Source: the human T2T-CHM13v2.0 reference genome, Homo sapiens. From it: a stretch of 64,000 nucleotides of DNA. Below, piece by piece: positions 43,101-57,583 of the stretch; the first letter of the stretch is position 1; the number at the start of each line of letters is the position of its first letter. The stretch lies in the NCBI RefSeq assembly GCF_009914755.1, contig NC_060926.1. One strand, given 5' to 3'. The notes beneath the pieces were generated by a model, which was not told the DNA's origin, searched no databases, and saw nothing but the letters and a program-made list of their open reading frames with translations. The position numbers were made by a program, and so were the translations under genes.

Positions 43101-43882
43101 ATTAATCTGTTTTCCTAGGTCTAGTAGTATTTATTTTGTAAAGCTGGGTGCTTCCGTATTGGGTTAATATATACTTGGGATAGTTGAATCTTCTTGTTGT
43201 ATTGAGCCTTTTATCATTACACAATGCCTTTGTCTTTTTTTTTTAACTGTTGTTGGTTTAACGTCTGTTTTATCTAATATGAGAATGGCTATTCCTGCTT
43301 GCTTTTCTTTTCCATTTGTGTGATATATCTTTTTCTACCTTTTTACTTTAAGTCTGAATGCATCTTTACTCAGTAGGTGAGTCTCTTGTAGACAGAAGAT
43401 GGCCATGTCTTTTTTAAAATCCTATTTGCCATTCTACATCTTTTAAGCAGGGCATTGAGGCATTTATGTTAAAAGTTAATGTTGATACGTGAGATTTTGT
43501 TCTTGATGTAATGTTGTTAGCTAGTTCTTTTGAGGTTTCTATTGTGCAGTTGCTTTACAAGATCTGTGAGCTTTGTACTTATGTATCTTTTTCTGTGTTG
43601 TCCTTTTGTTTCTATGTTTAGAAATCCTTTGAAAATTTCTTGTAGGACCAGGCTAATAATGACAAATTCTCTTAGTGTTTTCTTGTCTGGGAAAGACTTT
43701 CTCCTTCATTTATGAAGCTCAGTTTGGCAGGATATAAAATTCCAGCTGGCATTTTTTCTTCTTTAAGGAGGCTAAAAATAGATCCTCATCTTTTCCGTTA
43801 CAGGGCTTCTGCCAAGAAGTCCACTGTTAGTCTAACCAGTTGTCCTTTGTAGGTGCTTTGACTCTTTTCTCTAGCTGGCTTT

Positions 43883-43925
<43 letters not shown>

Positions 43926-44958
43926 TATGGACTTTGGATGATCTGGTGACTACATGAGTTGGTGACGTTTGGCTTGTATGAACTCTCACAAGTGTTCTCT
44001 AAATTTATCCGAATCTCTGGTAATATCTGGATGTCTACCATTCAAGCAAGATTGGGGAAATTTTCTTGAATTATTCTCTAAAATATGTTTTTCAAGTTGT
44101 TTACTTTTTCTCCTTCTCTATCAAGAATTCCAATAATGTGTAGGTTTGGTCACTTTACATAATCTCATACTTCTCATAGACTTCGTCATCTTAATGGAAG
44201 ACAAACTCTTATATTATCTAGTCTTTCAGCCTGCAATCTCTTTGCTGTCCCAGGACTCTTCCCTGTCATTAACTAGCATCTCATTAGGTAAGCCTTCCTA
44301 TTGCTAACCATCTCTGCTGGAATATTTCTTCATTATTTCATTATTTTTAAAGTTAAATTACAAGCCCAGCAGGTTAGCAACTGCACCTGGTTGGCTTTCT
44401 CTATTACCTAACATTTCTATTAGTACTTAATGTATTTTTCTTTACTTTCCTTTAGTATTCATTTCTTTGGCAATACAATTGAGAACTGATATTACCACAG
44501 ATATTAAAAATCATCAATTTCCAAGGCCTCCTTAGCAGATATTATCTGTTCTTTGGTGGGCTAAGTGTTAAGTGGGATCAGAGAATGTTAGAGAAAAAAC
44601 TCAACTCAGCAGCAATAGAGAAGCATCAGGAAGTGATGGAAAGAATAAATTCATGCTTGAAGAAATCTGACTTTGAGCTTTAAATTTGCTGTGTGACCTT
44701 GGACAAGTCCCTTGAGCATTCTAGGACCCTGTAAAATTAAGTCAGTTAGATATGTCCCAATATTCCAGAATTCTGATATCTTACTTTACAAAAAAAAAGA
44801 GAGAGACATTTACTCCAAGAATAATTTTGAGGGAAGTCACCACCAAAATTAAAGATTCCCTTTTTTATAGCCAAACTAAATATTTAGCTTATGCTATTCT
44901 CATCCTGTTTCTCGGATTGTATAGCTGTTTGTAATTCTCTTCTCATTTTCTATTTTAG

Positions 44959-45310
44959 CATATATATATGTATATGTGTATATATGTATATATGTACATA
45001 TATACGTATATGTGTATATATGTATATGTACATATATACGTATATGTGTATATATGTATATATGTACATATATATGTATATGTGTATATATGTATATGTG
45101 TATATATGTATATATGTACATATATGTATATGTGTATATATGTATATATGTACATATATGTATATGTGTATATATACGTATATATGTACATATATGCATA
45201 TGTGTATGTGTATATATACGTATATATGCACATATATGCGTATGTATATGTGTATATATACGTATATATGTACATATATACGTATATGTATATATGTGTG
45301 TATATATATA

Positions 45311-45375
<65 letters not shown>

Positions 45376-45394
45376 CAAACAGAGAGAGAGAGAG

Positions 45395-45402
<8 letters not shown>
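44959..45402. repeat. Compound microsatellite: ~350-bp TA/TG/CA-rich tract, then (TC)11(TA)10(GA)11 and (GA)n
   Basis: Direct reading; occupies the tail position of the adjacent Alu. Confidence 0.97.
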
Positions 45403-46008
<606 letters not shown>

Positions 46009-48873
46009 TAATCAACACATTTCCTCATTTATCTCCAATCTACCTTAATATTTTTACTATATCTTTGTTTTCCTTTGCTTTTTTCATGTGCCATTTGTTT
46101 CTCCATTAATAGATTCTTAACTTCTTCTCTTTTGAATTAGTCTTCCCACCACCTTGCTTTGTGATGGAATTTCTAAAAAATATTAGGCAAAGTTGTCATG
46201 GTGGTGATGCTTCCATTTTTCTTTACCATTAAGTAAGGACTATAAATTTCCTGTGTCCATAGCTTAATTTCTGTTTTGCTGTGAGTAAAAGTATACTTTG
46301 AAAGTACAATTTTTAGAATGATTATGAATGTAGAAATATAAATGCTTGCATTTTAAATTATTATTTGATGGATAACCAAGTCTAGTTCCTACAAAAACAC
46401 TCTTCTCCTCAAATTCATATGTACCTTCATTTCACATTTTGTCTGTCTTCTAATTTGCCTATAATTTCTCTTTAGACAATTTTTTTCATTTTATCCCCCT
46501 TTAGATCTTTAATTCCAACTTTCCAACCTCTTATTCCTCTCTTCCTTTTTAAGTGTAATGCCATCGCACATATATCCTTCCCACACGTGTCTTCAAGTCT
46601 TTTTCCCAACATGGAGAGACAGAGCTGACCCTAGGCGAAACTGTGAAGGAAATTTCTCTTTCTTTGCCCTTTCCCCCTCCACTCAGAATTGTCCTTCCTT
46701 TTCCTTTTGCATCACCATCTTCTACAGGTCTCTCTTGTCCCTCTGGTTGGTTATAATGGATTCAGGTTGGCCTCTGTATTGTCCCAAATTTTGGACTTTC
46801 TCTGACCTCACTCTGCCGTGAAGACTTATCTGTTCTGGTTTCCATTTGTTTAAGGTGCACTTAAGATCTGAATCATTCCCTGTCCCAAAATGAACTAATG
46901 GCTCATGTATTCTCCCTCCCTAGGAAAAGTATAGTTACCAGAGTTTATTTAGGGGTTTTGACTAGATGGGAATAATGCAAGGTGTCATGCTTGAAAAACT
47001 TTTAATATCTGACTTACATCTCCCCTAAATATTTCACCATGTCCACAAACACTGACTAAAATGAAGAGAAACCCCAAAGGAGAAAATTGATATACCTACT
47101 ACTTTCAAAATGAGGAAAAAAATTTGTCATTAAAATTTCTAAAGATAAAATTTCTCAATGAAAAACAAACATCTTCACCTGAGATTTGGGTGTTTTTTTT
47201 TCCTATAACTTTTTTTACACAAAATAGAGTTGTAAAAGAAACAGACCTCAGCATTCAGATTATTGACAATAACACGTACAGATTTTAGTTCCTCTGTGTT
47301 TTTGTTTTTAGCTATTGAATTTTTATCACTTACAAACTTGACTGTACGTGGATTTCTTCCTTTTACCCACAGTATCTTCTCCTGAATTTCCTTTCATTAT
47401 TAATCTGCATAAAATATGACACACATTGCCTCAAATCCCTCACTAATCTATTTGCTAAGTGTGTCAGTATTATAAAGCACTTTGAAATACATTAGCACAT
47501 TTGGTACTTCCCCCAATGAGTTAGATGTGGCAGGCTTCATGCCACATCTAACTAATCATGTCACGTCTAACTCATCATGCCACATCATGGTGGGAAAAAC
47601 AGTGCTTAGAGAAACTGTCTTAAGCTACTTAAGTTACATGAGGAGCAGTGGCAGGGGCCCCAACTCGCATGCTCTGACCACATGACCACATCCACACACC
47701 CAGGATCCTTTCCCTGCTTATGCCACACAGAATCAACCACATGATAATTATGGGGAGGTTTTCTTCTGTGCTTTTTTTTTTCCAGTTAAAAAACAAATAA
47801 AAACATGAATGAGTTTATAATTTTATATTCAAACCCCACACCCATGCAATCACATGCCTTAGAATTTTAAAACCCTACCCACAAAATTCACAAGGGTAAA
47901 TGAACATCTACTTCCTCCTCTTACTACACACATCAAAACACTCAAGTAAAGTGTCAGGCAATCCAAGCAAGCCTGGAGCGAGATAAGGTGCATAGATAAA
48001 GTGCTGGTTTCTGTGTGATGCATATTATTTGCATAATATTTACATTACTCATTCAAGGCTGGGAATTACCACTTTAAAATAAAGTATATTGAATACCTTT
48101 TTGGATTTCCCCGATTTTCAAACATTCTTCTGAATATATAACAACTCCCAGAAACCAATTCCTTTCTCAATCATCCTGGGAGCCATCTGATGAGGATCTA
48201 ATAGCTAACTTTGTAATTAGAACGCAAACATTAATGTAAGAGTACAAAAAAGACGTTGCAATGAGCAAGAGAAGATAGATTGTAGTAGTAAAGCTAAGTG
48301 ATTCAATAATATTCTTAAAACATAGCACATATACATACTCTTGTTTGGTATTCCCAGTAAATGATTTTTAGATACTAAAATTTCTCAGTAGCTTTTCTAT
48401 ACTAATAGCCTTCAAACTATTTCTGTTCTGTATTTTACCTTTCAACCAAACTTTCTATGGCTTTCAGTTTTCCAGTATATTTCTTCCCATTTATTGTACA
48501 TTTCAAATAATACTTTTCTTTCCTCTATCCCATTTTTAACTACATTAAGAAAAATTCTGAAAGCCTTTTGGCTTGAAACCAGAATTCAACGTTCCAGTTC
48601 AGCCAGTAATGAGTCATGTTCTTTTTTTTTTGCCCAGGGCATGTCCTGGTTTACTCTTTAATTTACTGAAATGAAAAGGCTGCTTTTGGGGGCATGTTAA
48701 GACTCGCTCCATTAGCTATAAGACAGATAGGGGGATGAATTCTAAATATCTTACTTCCTGCTTTGGAAAATGCCTTTAAACTCTTCTGTTTTCACTTCTC
48801 ATTAAGATCACATTTTAGGATTACCTGGCGTATTGCCCCATGACCCATACTCCCACACTTTTTTTTAACTCAC

Positions 48874-48942
48874 CGGCTGCCTTTTTACACCTAGCCAATT
48901 TTTCCAGACCAGGATCTGAAGCTGATGAAACAGGGAAGCCAT
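48874..48942 (-). CDS. ABCA12: ABCA12 coding exon 1 (codons 1-23)
   Basis: Minus strand reads ATG GCT TCC CTG TTT CAT CAG ... CAG CCG = MASLFHQLQILVWKNWLGVKRQP, the ABCA12 N-terminus (ABCA-family L.LL.WKN-type motif). Strong Kozak context (gaaggATGG); donor CCG|GTGAGT; 69 nt, phase 0. Confidence 0.97.
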
Positions 48943-49162
48943 CCTTCAAATGCCCCAAATGAGAGATTTCCTCTTCTTTTCTCCACTCCACAAATGAAGA
49001 ACTGATGCCCCGTCCAACTTGCTGTATGTCAGTGTATCAGTACCCCTTTCACGGCATAGCTTCCTTGAGGGCTGGGGTAAGAAACCCACAGTTCTTCTGT
49101 TTCTGCTGGATTTTTCCCTGTGGTTAATCCTTAACCAAGAGGCACTTCTCAATCAACTCTTC
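48943..49162 (-). other. ABCA12: ABCA12 5' UTR part of exon 1 (the start site may lie up to ~200 nt further upstream)
   Basis: Contiguous with the ATG. Begins GAAGAGTTGATTGAGAAGTGCC, matching my recollection of the mRNA 5' end. Taking +1=49162 puts the upstream AP-1 site exactly at the published -2084..-2078. Confidence 0.75.
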
Positions 49163-49450
49163 TTCCAAAAGAAGGACCCAGATCAGTATCTTTGGGTGGC
49201 TTATGCTTATTTTAAAATAATATCCAGTTGCTGCTTGTTGCACGAAGTCCAGACTCAAGAGAGAATGAGCATCATTCAGATAATGCCTCACTGAAAAAAA
49301 AAAAAAAGCAGCAGCTGAACCCACACCTCCTACTCTCCATGAAATTAATTGCCTATCCACACCTTAGAGAACATGTCACCTGCACTGGATGCGTCACAGG
49401 GACTAGGGGGTGGGACCTTTGCAAGGCCAGTAGGACTTGTCCTACATTCT
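49163..49450 (-). promoter_or_regulatory. CpG-poor proximal promoter region of ABCA12
   Basis: Immediately upstream of exon 1. Contains TGCGTCA (AP-1/ATF-like, 49390-49396), GGGGGTGGG (KLF/Sp, 49406-49414) and GGACTTGTCC (p53/p63 half-site, 49433-49442). Motif matches only. Confidence 0.5.
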
Positions 49451-49899
49451 CTTGTCTTCTTTCCTGCACACAGTGTCTGCTCTAGCAGAGGCAGGGCACA
49501 GAGAGCATTTCACAGACACTGGGCCCAGTGACTCTTTAATATTAAAGTGTCATTAAAATGATTTAAGTCAATAAGGCCAGAGCTTAGCTGCAAAGCTCTG
49601 AGCCTCAGCCCATCATTAGATATACTAGGGAAAGTGTCCACCTTTAACCTAAAGTTGAATGTTTCGATTTTGGGGGAAGAAACTATGTTGGCCAGGTCCC
49701 ACCTTTCATCACAATGTACTAGGTTAAGCACAGGGCAGAAAAGGAAAGGTAGGCTGTAGGGGACATAAATTACAAACTGGAGTCCCTCAATTCGTGAGTG
49801 GAGATTCACGTGTCTATTACAGACAAGCCACATTGTTTCAGGCTCTTATAGTGAAAGGGGACACAGGCTGATCCAAGACATTTCTATTTCCTCTTTCCA

Positions 49900-50180
49900 T
49901 GATACATTCCTCCCTCTCTAAGATCCTGCCTTTCAAAGTTATCCCCAAGTTGACATCTTCAATGAAGCCTTTTTGGATATATCCCATAGGATAGATTCTC
50001 TTGCCTTTGAATCATTCTTTGTTGCCCTCTCTCAAGGAACTTAAAGTTTTTGCATTATTTTTATTTGTGTATGTCTTATTTTTCCTACAAGATTATAAAT
50101 TATTTGAGGACATGGACTATTTTATATCACAGTACTTTACATATCATTAGTGTTCAATACTTGCTGCTGAATGTAATTGA
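49900..50180 (+). repeat. L2 3' remnant
   Basis: tgacatcttcaatgaagcctttttgg...agattataaattatttgaggacatggac...gtgttcaatacttgctgctgaatg. Confidence 0.55.
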
Positions 50181-50282
50181 ATAAACTACTGGAGCCAAGG
50201 CTAGTAGGGTGAAGCTCCCCTTTGATCCTCACACCTACCCTGACTAATCCAGACTTTACTTGCAAAATCCGTTAAAGCATTA

Positions 50283-50612
<330 letters not shown>

Positions 50613-51059
50613 TCATAGTAAGTAGTCAATTAATTCTATTAATTGGGTAGCAATGTTTGCTAAGGACTTATTGAATCATCCTAGGAGTCCTATTATATAG
50701 AAACTGTCATTATTCCCATTTTCAGTGAAAGAAAGTGATATTTAGAAGTGCCATAACTTGCTGGATTTCACCTAGTTAGCAGTGAGGACAGTGGGAACAG
50801 CAGAGAAGGAACTCGAACCTCGTTTCTGTACTGTTAATCTCTGTGCTATGTTTTCTCCAGTCCCATGTATTACACTTCACAGGAAGAGCTGAGAAACAAA
50901 TGAACATCAGGGATTTTCCCTGTTTCTCTAGGCAGGTCTATAAATCACTTGTAGAGATTTTTTTGTAAGTACACGCATGAAAAATTATGGCCAAAATGAG
51001 TTCACAAAGAGTAGTTGCTCCAGGAATTCAGGAGAAGGAAGGCTGCTCTTTTAGGCTTC

Positions 51060-51450
51060 TTCATAGAGCCTCACGGCACTTCCCAGCCTGGCTCTTGCCA
51101 GCTTCATCAGTTGTCTCTCCACCTTCAGCCCTCCCTCCTGCCATCTGCTAGAATACTTTAGATGAGGACTGTTCACTTTCAGGCTTTGGTCATGCTGTTC
51201 CCTCTGCCCAAAATGAAATTGTGCTCATTCTCAAATGACTGACTCAAGTGTAACTTCCCCTCTGAAGCCTTTTCCAGCACTTCCACCCACCACACCCCCA
51301 CCCCCGGCTGAATTAATCACCCCTTCATCTGTTTTCCCATAAAGCTTTGTTCGCACAGATAGCCAACTCCCTTATTACCTTCTAGTATAGTCAGTCTGTC
51401 TCTCTGTCCATACTCTGAGCCCCTTGAGTACAGGGACCAAGTCTCATGGA
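51060..51450 (+). repeat. L2 3' remnant hosting the AP-1 site
   Basis: ggctttggtcatgctgttccctctgccc...ctcattctc...ctcaagtgtaacttcccctctgaagccttttcc...ctctgagccccttgagtacagggacc follows the L2 3' consensus order. Confidence 0.7.
51240..51246 (-). promoter_or_regulatory. AP-1 site TGAGTCA at -2084..-2078
   Basis: Plus strand TGACTCA. The offset from +1=49162 equals the -2084 to -2078 palindromic motif reported as essential for ABCA12 promoter activity in keratinocytes (Shimizu et al., Sci Rep 2014, recalled from memory). Confidence 0.8.
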
Positions 51451-51879
51451 ACACCACAATTTTGAGATAAATTCTGTATTCCTGAATGGTGAGAATTCTG
51501 ACCCAACTAAATCTAAGAGCTGGTCTGAAGTAGTAGAAGATAAAGTTGGAGAGTTAGGGACCTAAAGCCAAAGAGGAGGAGATGTCATATTGCGGATTTA
51601 AAATGAAAAGTTCCTGGAAACTCTTCTTAAGAGATAGAGTATGATAAAGCCGATGCTGTGGGATGATGAAAATGTTAGTAGAATGAGAAACTGATTGAAG
51701 TTGAGACTTGAAACCCTGTTTTTGAATAGAAAAAACAAGTGAATTGAGTTAGTGATGATGTAAAACAGTTCAGAAATTTTAACAGCAACCAGATTATAAT
51801 TTTACTCCTTTGTCTCAGCACTGGTTGTTGTGTATAGCATCAGTGACAACTTTGTTTGTTTGTTTGTTTTACCATCAAC

Positions 51880-52060
51880 TGACTTTTACATTAAGGTGCT
51901 ATGGGATACTCATTGCATACAGGACCTGTGAGGTCAACATTATTTTACCTGCTGTATACGTGAAGATGCATAGGACAAGTAGCTTCCTGAGGTCACACAG
52001 ATAATGGGTGTCAGAACATTAATTTGAACCCAGGTTTCTGTGTCTGCAAAACCTGTTCTC
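51880..52060 (-). repeat. MIR
   Basis: cctgtgaggtcaacattattttacc...gcttcctgaggtcacacagataat...atttgaacccaggt. Confidence 0.7.
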
Positions 52061-53178
52061 CAACAGGCCCTAATAAAGCAAGCATGGGTAAGAAAACACA
52101 GCAAGTGCACACATTTAACCTAGGTGGAAATGTGCAACAAGTTGGGAAATTGAAGCTAACTCATGGTAAAAATAACAGCATCCTTCTTTTATAAGAAGGG
52201 TGGGACTCCACCCAAGGATTACCATAATGAGGCACCAGTTGCTAATACCTCATTGCCTAAGATCCACTTGCGATGTAAGAGGTTGATAGCTGATGCTATG
52301 AAGCAGGTGGGTGTGAGGAAGGTATCAGATTCAGGATTTTCAAGTTTTCAGCACTGAGACACTCCAATGATAATGTAGACAAAAGAATTGTGTCAAGAAG
52401 CAACTGGTAAAAATCTGATCCACAAAACCCGAAAAGAAGACATATTTCAAGGGAGCTTTAAAAAGTCTCGCTCACTCCAAGCTGTTACAGAGCACCTTAT
52501 CCCTCCAAGGTGATTTCAATGGCATGGAATTTCTCATCACAAATAACACAGTCATGTCAGGGACCAAGTTTGTAAATCAATTGATTATCTTACATTGAGC
52601 CATGTGAGTATGGCAATTTCAGGGTGATTTCCCATCTTGTGAAGAATTATTCATCCACTCACTCAGGGTGAGTAATCATTTTCTTAAACTGGTGATGTTG
52701 AATTAATTTTACTACATGTGTAGCTATAATCTTGTGAGGCTAAGAAAAAAAAACTGATGCCTGTAAAATTTAGAAATTTTTGGCCAACCTATTTAAACTG
52801 ATGGAAAGATATAGCGTAGAGTATTCAGAAAGATCATCTCCTCCTCTTTGCAATGTAAGTTTTAATAATCAATTCTCCATTTTAAAGGAAAAATGAAAAT
52901 GAAAAATAGTATTTTTTTCTTCTCAATTTATGTTTTCCCCCTCATAACACCTTAAGCAGCTTAAAAGACAAATCTATATATTTATCTACTATCGCTTGTT
53001 TCTTCATGGAAAAAATACAACGAGCCAATTTTTGCATGTGTTTTAGTCTTTGATGACTGGCCTGTTCCCAGAGCAATTTAAAAAAGAATATCCCAATAGT
53101 AAAGGTTTCTATAGCATGCATTCTCTTGGGCACAACAAAAACTATCTTAGAAAAGATTAATTTTATTAAATAAGCTAG

Positions 53179-53540
<362 letters not shown>

Positions 53541-53644
53541 ATTTTGTATGTGCAACTACTACTGTATTACTTTGAAAGCATAAGGCTAGGGGGTAAAGGA
53601 ACTAGTCAATAATTTCAATTCAAATCAATAATCAAACATTTTAG

Positions 53645-53996
<352 letters not shown>

Positions 53997-55438
53997 TGAT
54001 CAGTAATATTTTGGAAGCAGAGGAGAAGGAAAGGTACAGGGGGAAGTGAAAGGGAACAACTGATTGGCATGTATAGTGGTAGCTGATAGCTTGACTCTTG
54101 AACAAGAGAATGTACAAATAGAGTAGGATAAATTCACAAGTCCACACTCAAAAATATCCATTTTTGTATGTGTTTATATAGATGTAAATATGTACTATAT
54201 ATGCTTCTTTACAAATATGTGGCTAGAGATAAAAAGTATATTCAAAAGTATGTAAAAAAATTCACAAAATTTTAACCATTAGATAAGCACATATGGATTG
54301 TAAATGGGAAGAAAATGGTATATAATAAAAATGAAACATCTGGCTCTCCAGATATGCATTTAATGAGTATTTTAATGACAGCATGTGACAAGCAGAACAT
54401 ATGGCTATTGTATCAGTGAAGTCTTGCTACAGATAACTGGACAGAGATTTTGAATCAAATTTTGCAGCATATAGTTTCACCCATGGTATTTTTCTAAACA
54501 TATCAACTTCTAAATTAACTAACTGTGCATTCATTAATTTGTATTATAATTGGGAGCATCAAGTTTATATTTTAACCCTTTTCCAAGGGGGAAGTACTCC
54601 CATATAACACGCAATAAATATATCTCAATCTAAAATAATCATGTTAAGTGGCAGGAATGACGTTAATCTTCCCCATTCTGTTACTACCTGTGGTTTTTTT
54701 CTGGACCATGGAATTGTTTTGAAAGCTAGTTGTGACCTATATATAGACAATAATAAAAGAAGAAATTTGTCCAAAACACTCTGAGAGACTTGCACAAACT
54801 TCTCTACCACGGAGACTTTTATGGGAAACATAATCTCATTCTCACCTACAGCTTGACCCTCAAATCATCAGCCTTCTTCCAATAATGAAAGTTCACTGCT
54901 TAGAGCCAACAACCATTTTGTGTAGCACAGGGAGCCCATGAAACAGAATTCTGTTGACACCATGGCTCTGCAGCATCAGAAGGTCATTGGCAAGATGCCA
55001 CTTTGATATAGCAACTTCATTCCCTAAACTAGGGGCCATGTGAGAAATGTCAAATCACATTGAAAGCGAAGGTACACACTTACTGCAAGGGGAGAGAAAG
55101 CCATAGGGCTTATTGAAAGAATTGTTTTGTTGCACAAAGAAGCAGAGAATGTGGAGGGAAAGAGCAGAGGAGCCCTACTGACGAGATAGGTGTTGAGGCC
55201 AAGCTACCACTTTCTGAGGGTCAATTGCTTTATCTAGAAAGTGAGGTGATAATTATTCTCGGCCTACAGGTTTACTGGGGAATTAAACTAAAAGATCAAA
55301 CAAATATAAATAACCTAGAGGATAGTTGAGGCCACTTCTGCCTCCCTGATTCCTGCCATCTGTGCAGTGGCTTGGGTTAATACCCTATACAACCCAGATG
55401 GAAACTCATTGGTGGTGTATATTAATTGAAAGCAAAAC

Positions 55439-55469
<31 letters not shown>

Positions 55470-55505
55470 AAACCACACACAAAGTATTCTGTGAGTTTAG
55501 CACAC

Positions 55506-55792
55506 TTTTTTTTTTTTTTTTTTTTGAGACTGAGTTTCTCTCTTGTCGCCTAGGCTGTAGTGCAATGGTGCAGTCTTGGCTCACTGCAACCTCCGCCTCC
55601 CAGGTTCAAGCAATTCTCTTGCCTCGGCCTCCTGAGTGGCTGGGATTACAGGTGCCTGCCACCATGCCCGGCTAACTTTTGTATTTTTAGTAGAGATGGA
55701 GTTTCACCATGTTGGTCAGGCTGGTCTCAATCTCCTGACCTCAAGTGATTCGCCCGTCTCGGCCTCCCAAAATGCTGGGATTACAGGCGTGA
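55506..55792 (-). mobile_element. Alu (AluS), slightly 5'-truncated
   Basis: TSD ttagcacactt on both sides. Confidence 0.93.
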
Positions 55793-56794
55793 TTAGCACA
55801 CTTATTAATGATTAGGGGGTGACAAGTAATTGCATGTATATGGCCTCTCATAATCTCCCCAACTCAACCTTTTTTCTCTCCCCCTTCCATTTCCTTCTTC
55901 TCTTTACTCCATTCTTCCTCGTCCCTTTCTAGGACAATTAAATTCCTCTCGTTTCTGCTGAGTAGTTTAGAACCCTTCTCTGAAGCTATAGTGCTTCCTG
56001 ACCTCCAGACTCCAGAGGAATACATTCACATCCAAGCTTCTCAGTCACTAGAATAAAAGCTGTTCTCTTTTCACCATATGAGAAACTCTGGTAGCAGCTC
56101 CTAAAGTAGTAAAAATTTCACCAACTCTTTACACTTAATTACTATTACTATTGGCTAAAATAATGCTTGATCACTTGGAACCTTCAGAACAATGACAATC
56201 AAGGAAGATAATGAGATTAATTCCACAGCAATTATTTCAAACTCAAAGTAATATTCAATTATACATCAGGACACATGAAATACTGTCACTTTCTATTTTT
56301 TCTTATACTCAAGACAGTGTGAGGAGAAGTGTAAACCTCTCTGGGATCCCTGACATATTCTCAGGAGCCCAGAAATTCTTTTTGAAGATTGAGTATTTTG
56401 TCGCTTTCATATTTATAACACTCTTTGAAAAATTAAAGTTAGCCTACCCTGCTTCATCTGGATGACCCAGTCTGAACAATTAAGTATGAAGCAATCCATC
56501 CGTGGTAGAAATGTTTAACCTCTCCATGAATTCATAAGATTATCTAGCTTCTTAATATGGCAACGTAAAACTGACAGCAATTGTTACATAACTGATATTG
56601 TAACTCACACTCAAAAGAATTGCTCAATTCCTTTAATGTTATAAAAGTAATATCTCTCTTTAGCAATGATATTTCCTAACTAAAATGTTTCTTTTTTTTA
56701 AAATAAAGTCTTTGATTTTGAATCATGATATGGCAAAGCAAAGTAAATACTACTTTAATTGCAGTAGGTCAGTGAGAAAAGGAGGTGAACTTAA

Positions 56795-57155
<361 letters not shown>

Positions 57156-57583
57156 CAAGTGTTTTTTTTTAAATTATGTTTCAGCACAGAGCTGGCCTGC
57201 AGACTGCTGAAAAGGTCAGCAATAAATAACTTATTCATGATATTCTAAAAATTGTTTGAAGATAAATGGAAGTTTCTTAGTTATAGTTTAAATCATGAGG
57301 CGATTTCTCTTTGGAAGGTTCTTATTAAACATAAAGGCTGAACTAGCAAACAAAGCCTAAGAGTATTAATGCCATTATGTATAACTTATATACACATGTA
57401 TTTCCTACATTTAGAATATTCTGACTATACTAACTCTTCCTTGTAGGTTAAAGTCAACCATTTAAATATCCAAAGATATCAGGTAAATATTCACAGTTAA
57501 TCCCTATGATTAAAGGGATAAAGAACAGAAAATTAGATCATGAGCAACATTGGAAAAACTCTGGGGACAAACACTTTGAGACC

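Larger units (their letters stand above)
33528..44190 (-). mobile_element. Older L1 (L1PB-like), split into 33528-34484 and 40136-44190 by a nested L1 and an Alu
   Basis: Sequence ...accaacatctgttattttttg resumes at 40136 as tgactttttaagtaacagccattctgac. ORF2 and ORF1 peptide fragments appear in the ORF track. Confidence 0.85.

Noticed and set aside
48800-49600. CpG island or canonical TATA box at the ABCA12 promoter
   Set aside because: CpGs are sparse and only an AT-rich tttaaaa stretch is visible, so neither is supported.
52646-52676. 11-bp stem-loop with two G-U pairs, possibly an ancient palindromic element
   Set aside because: Too short to distinguish from chance without a Dfam or conservation search.
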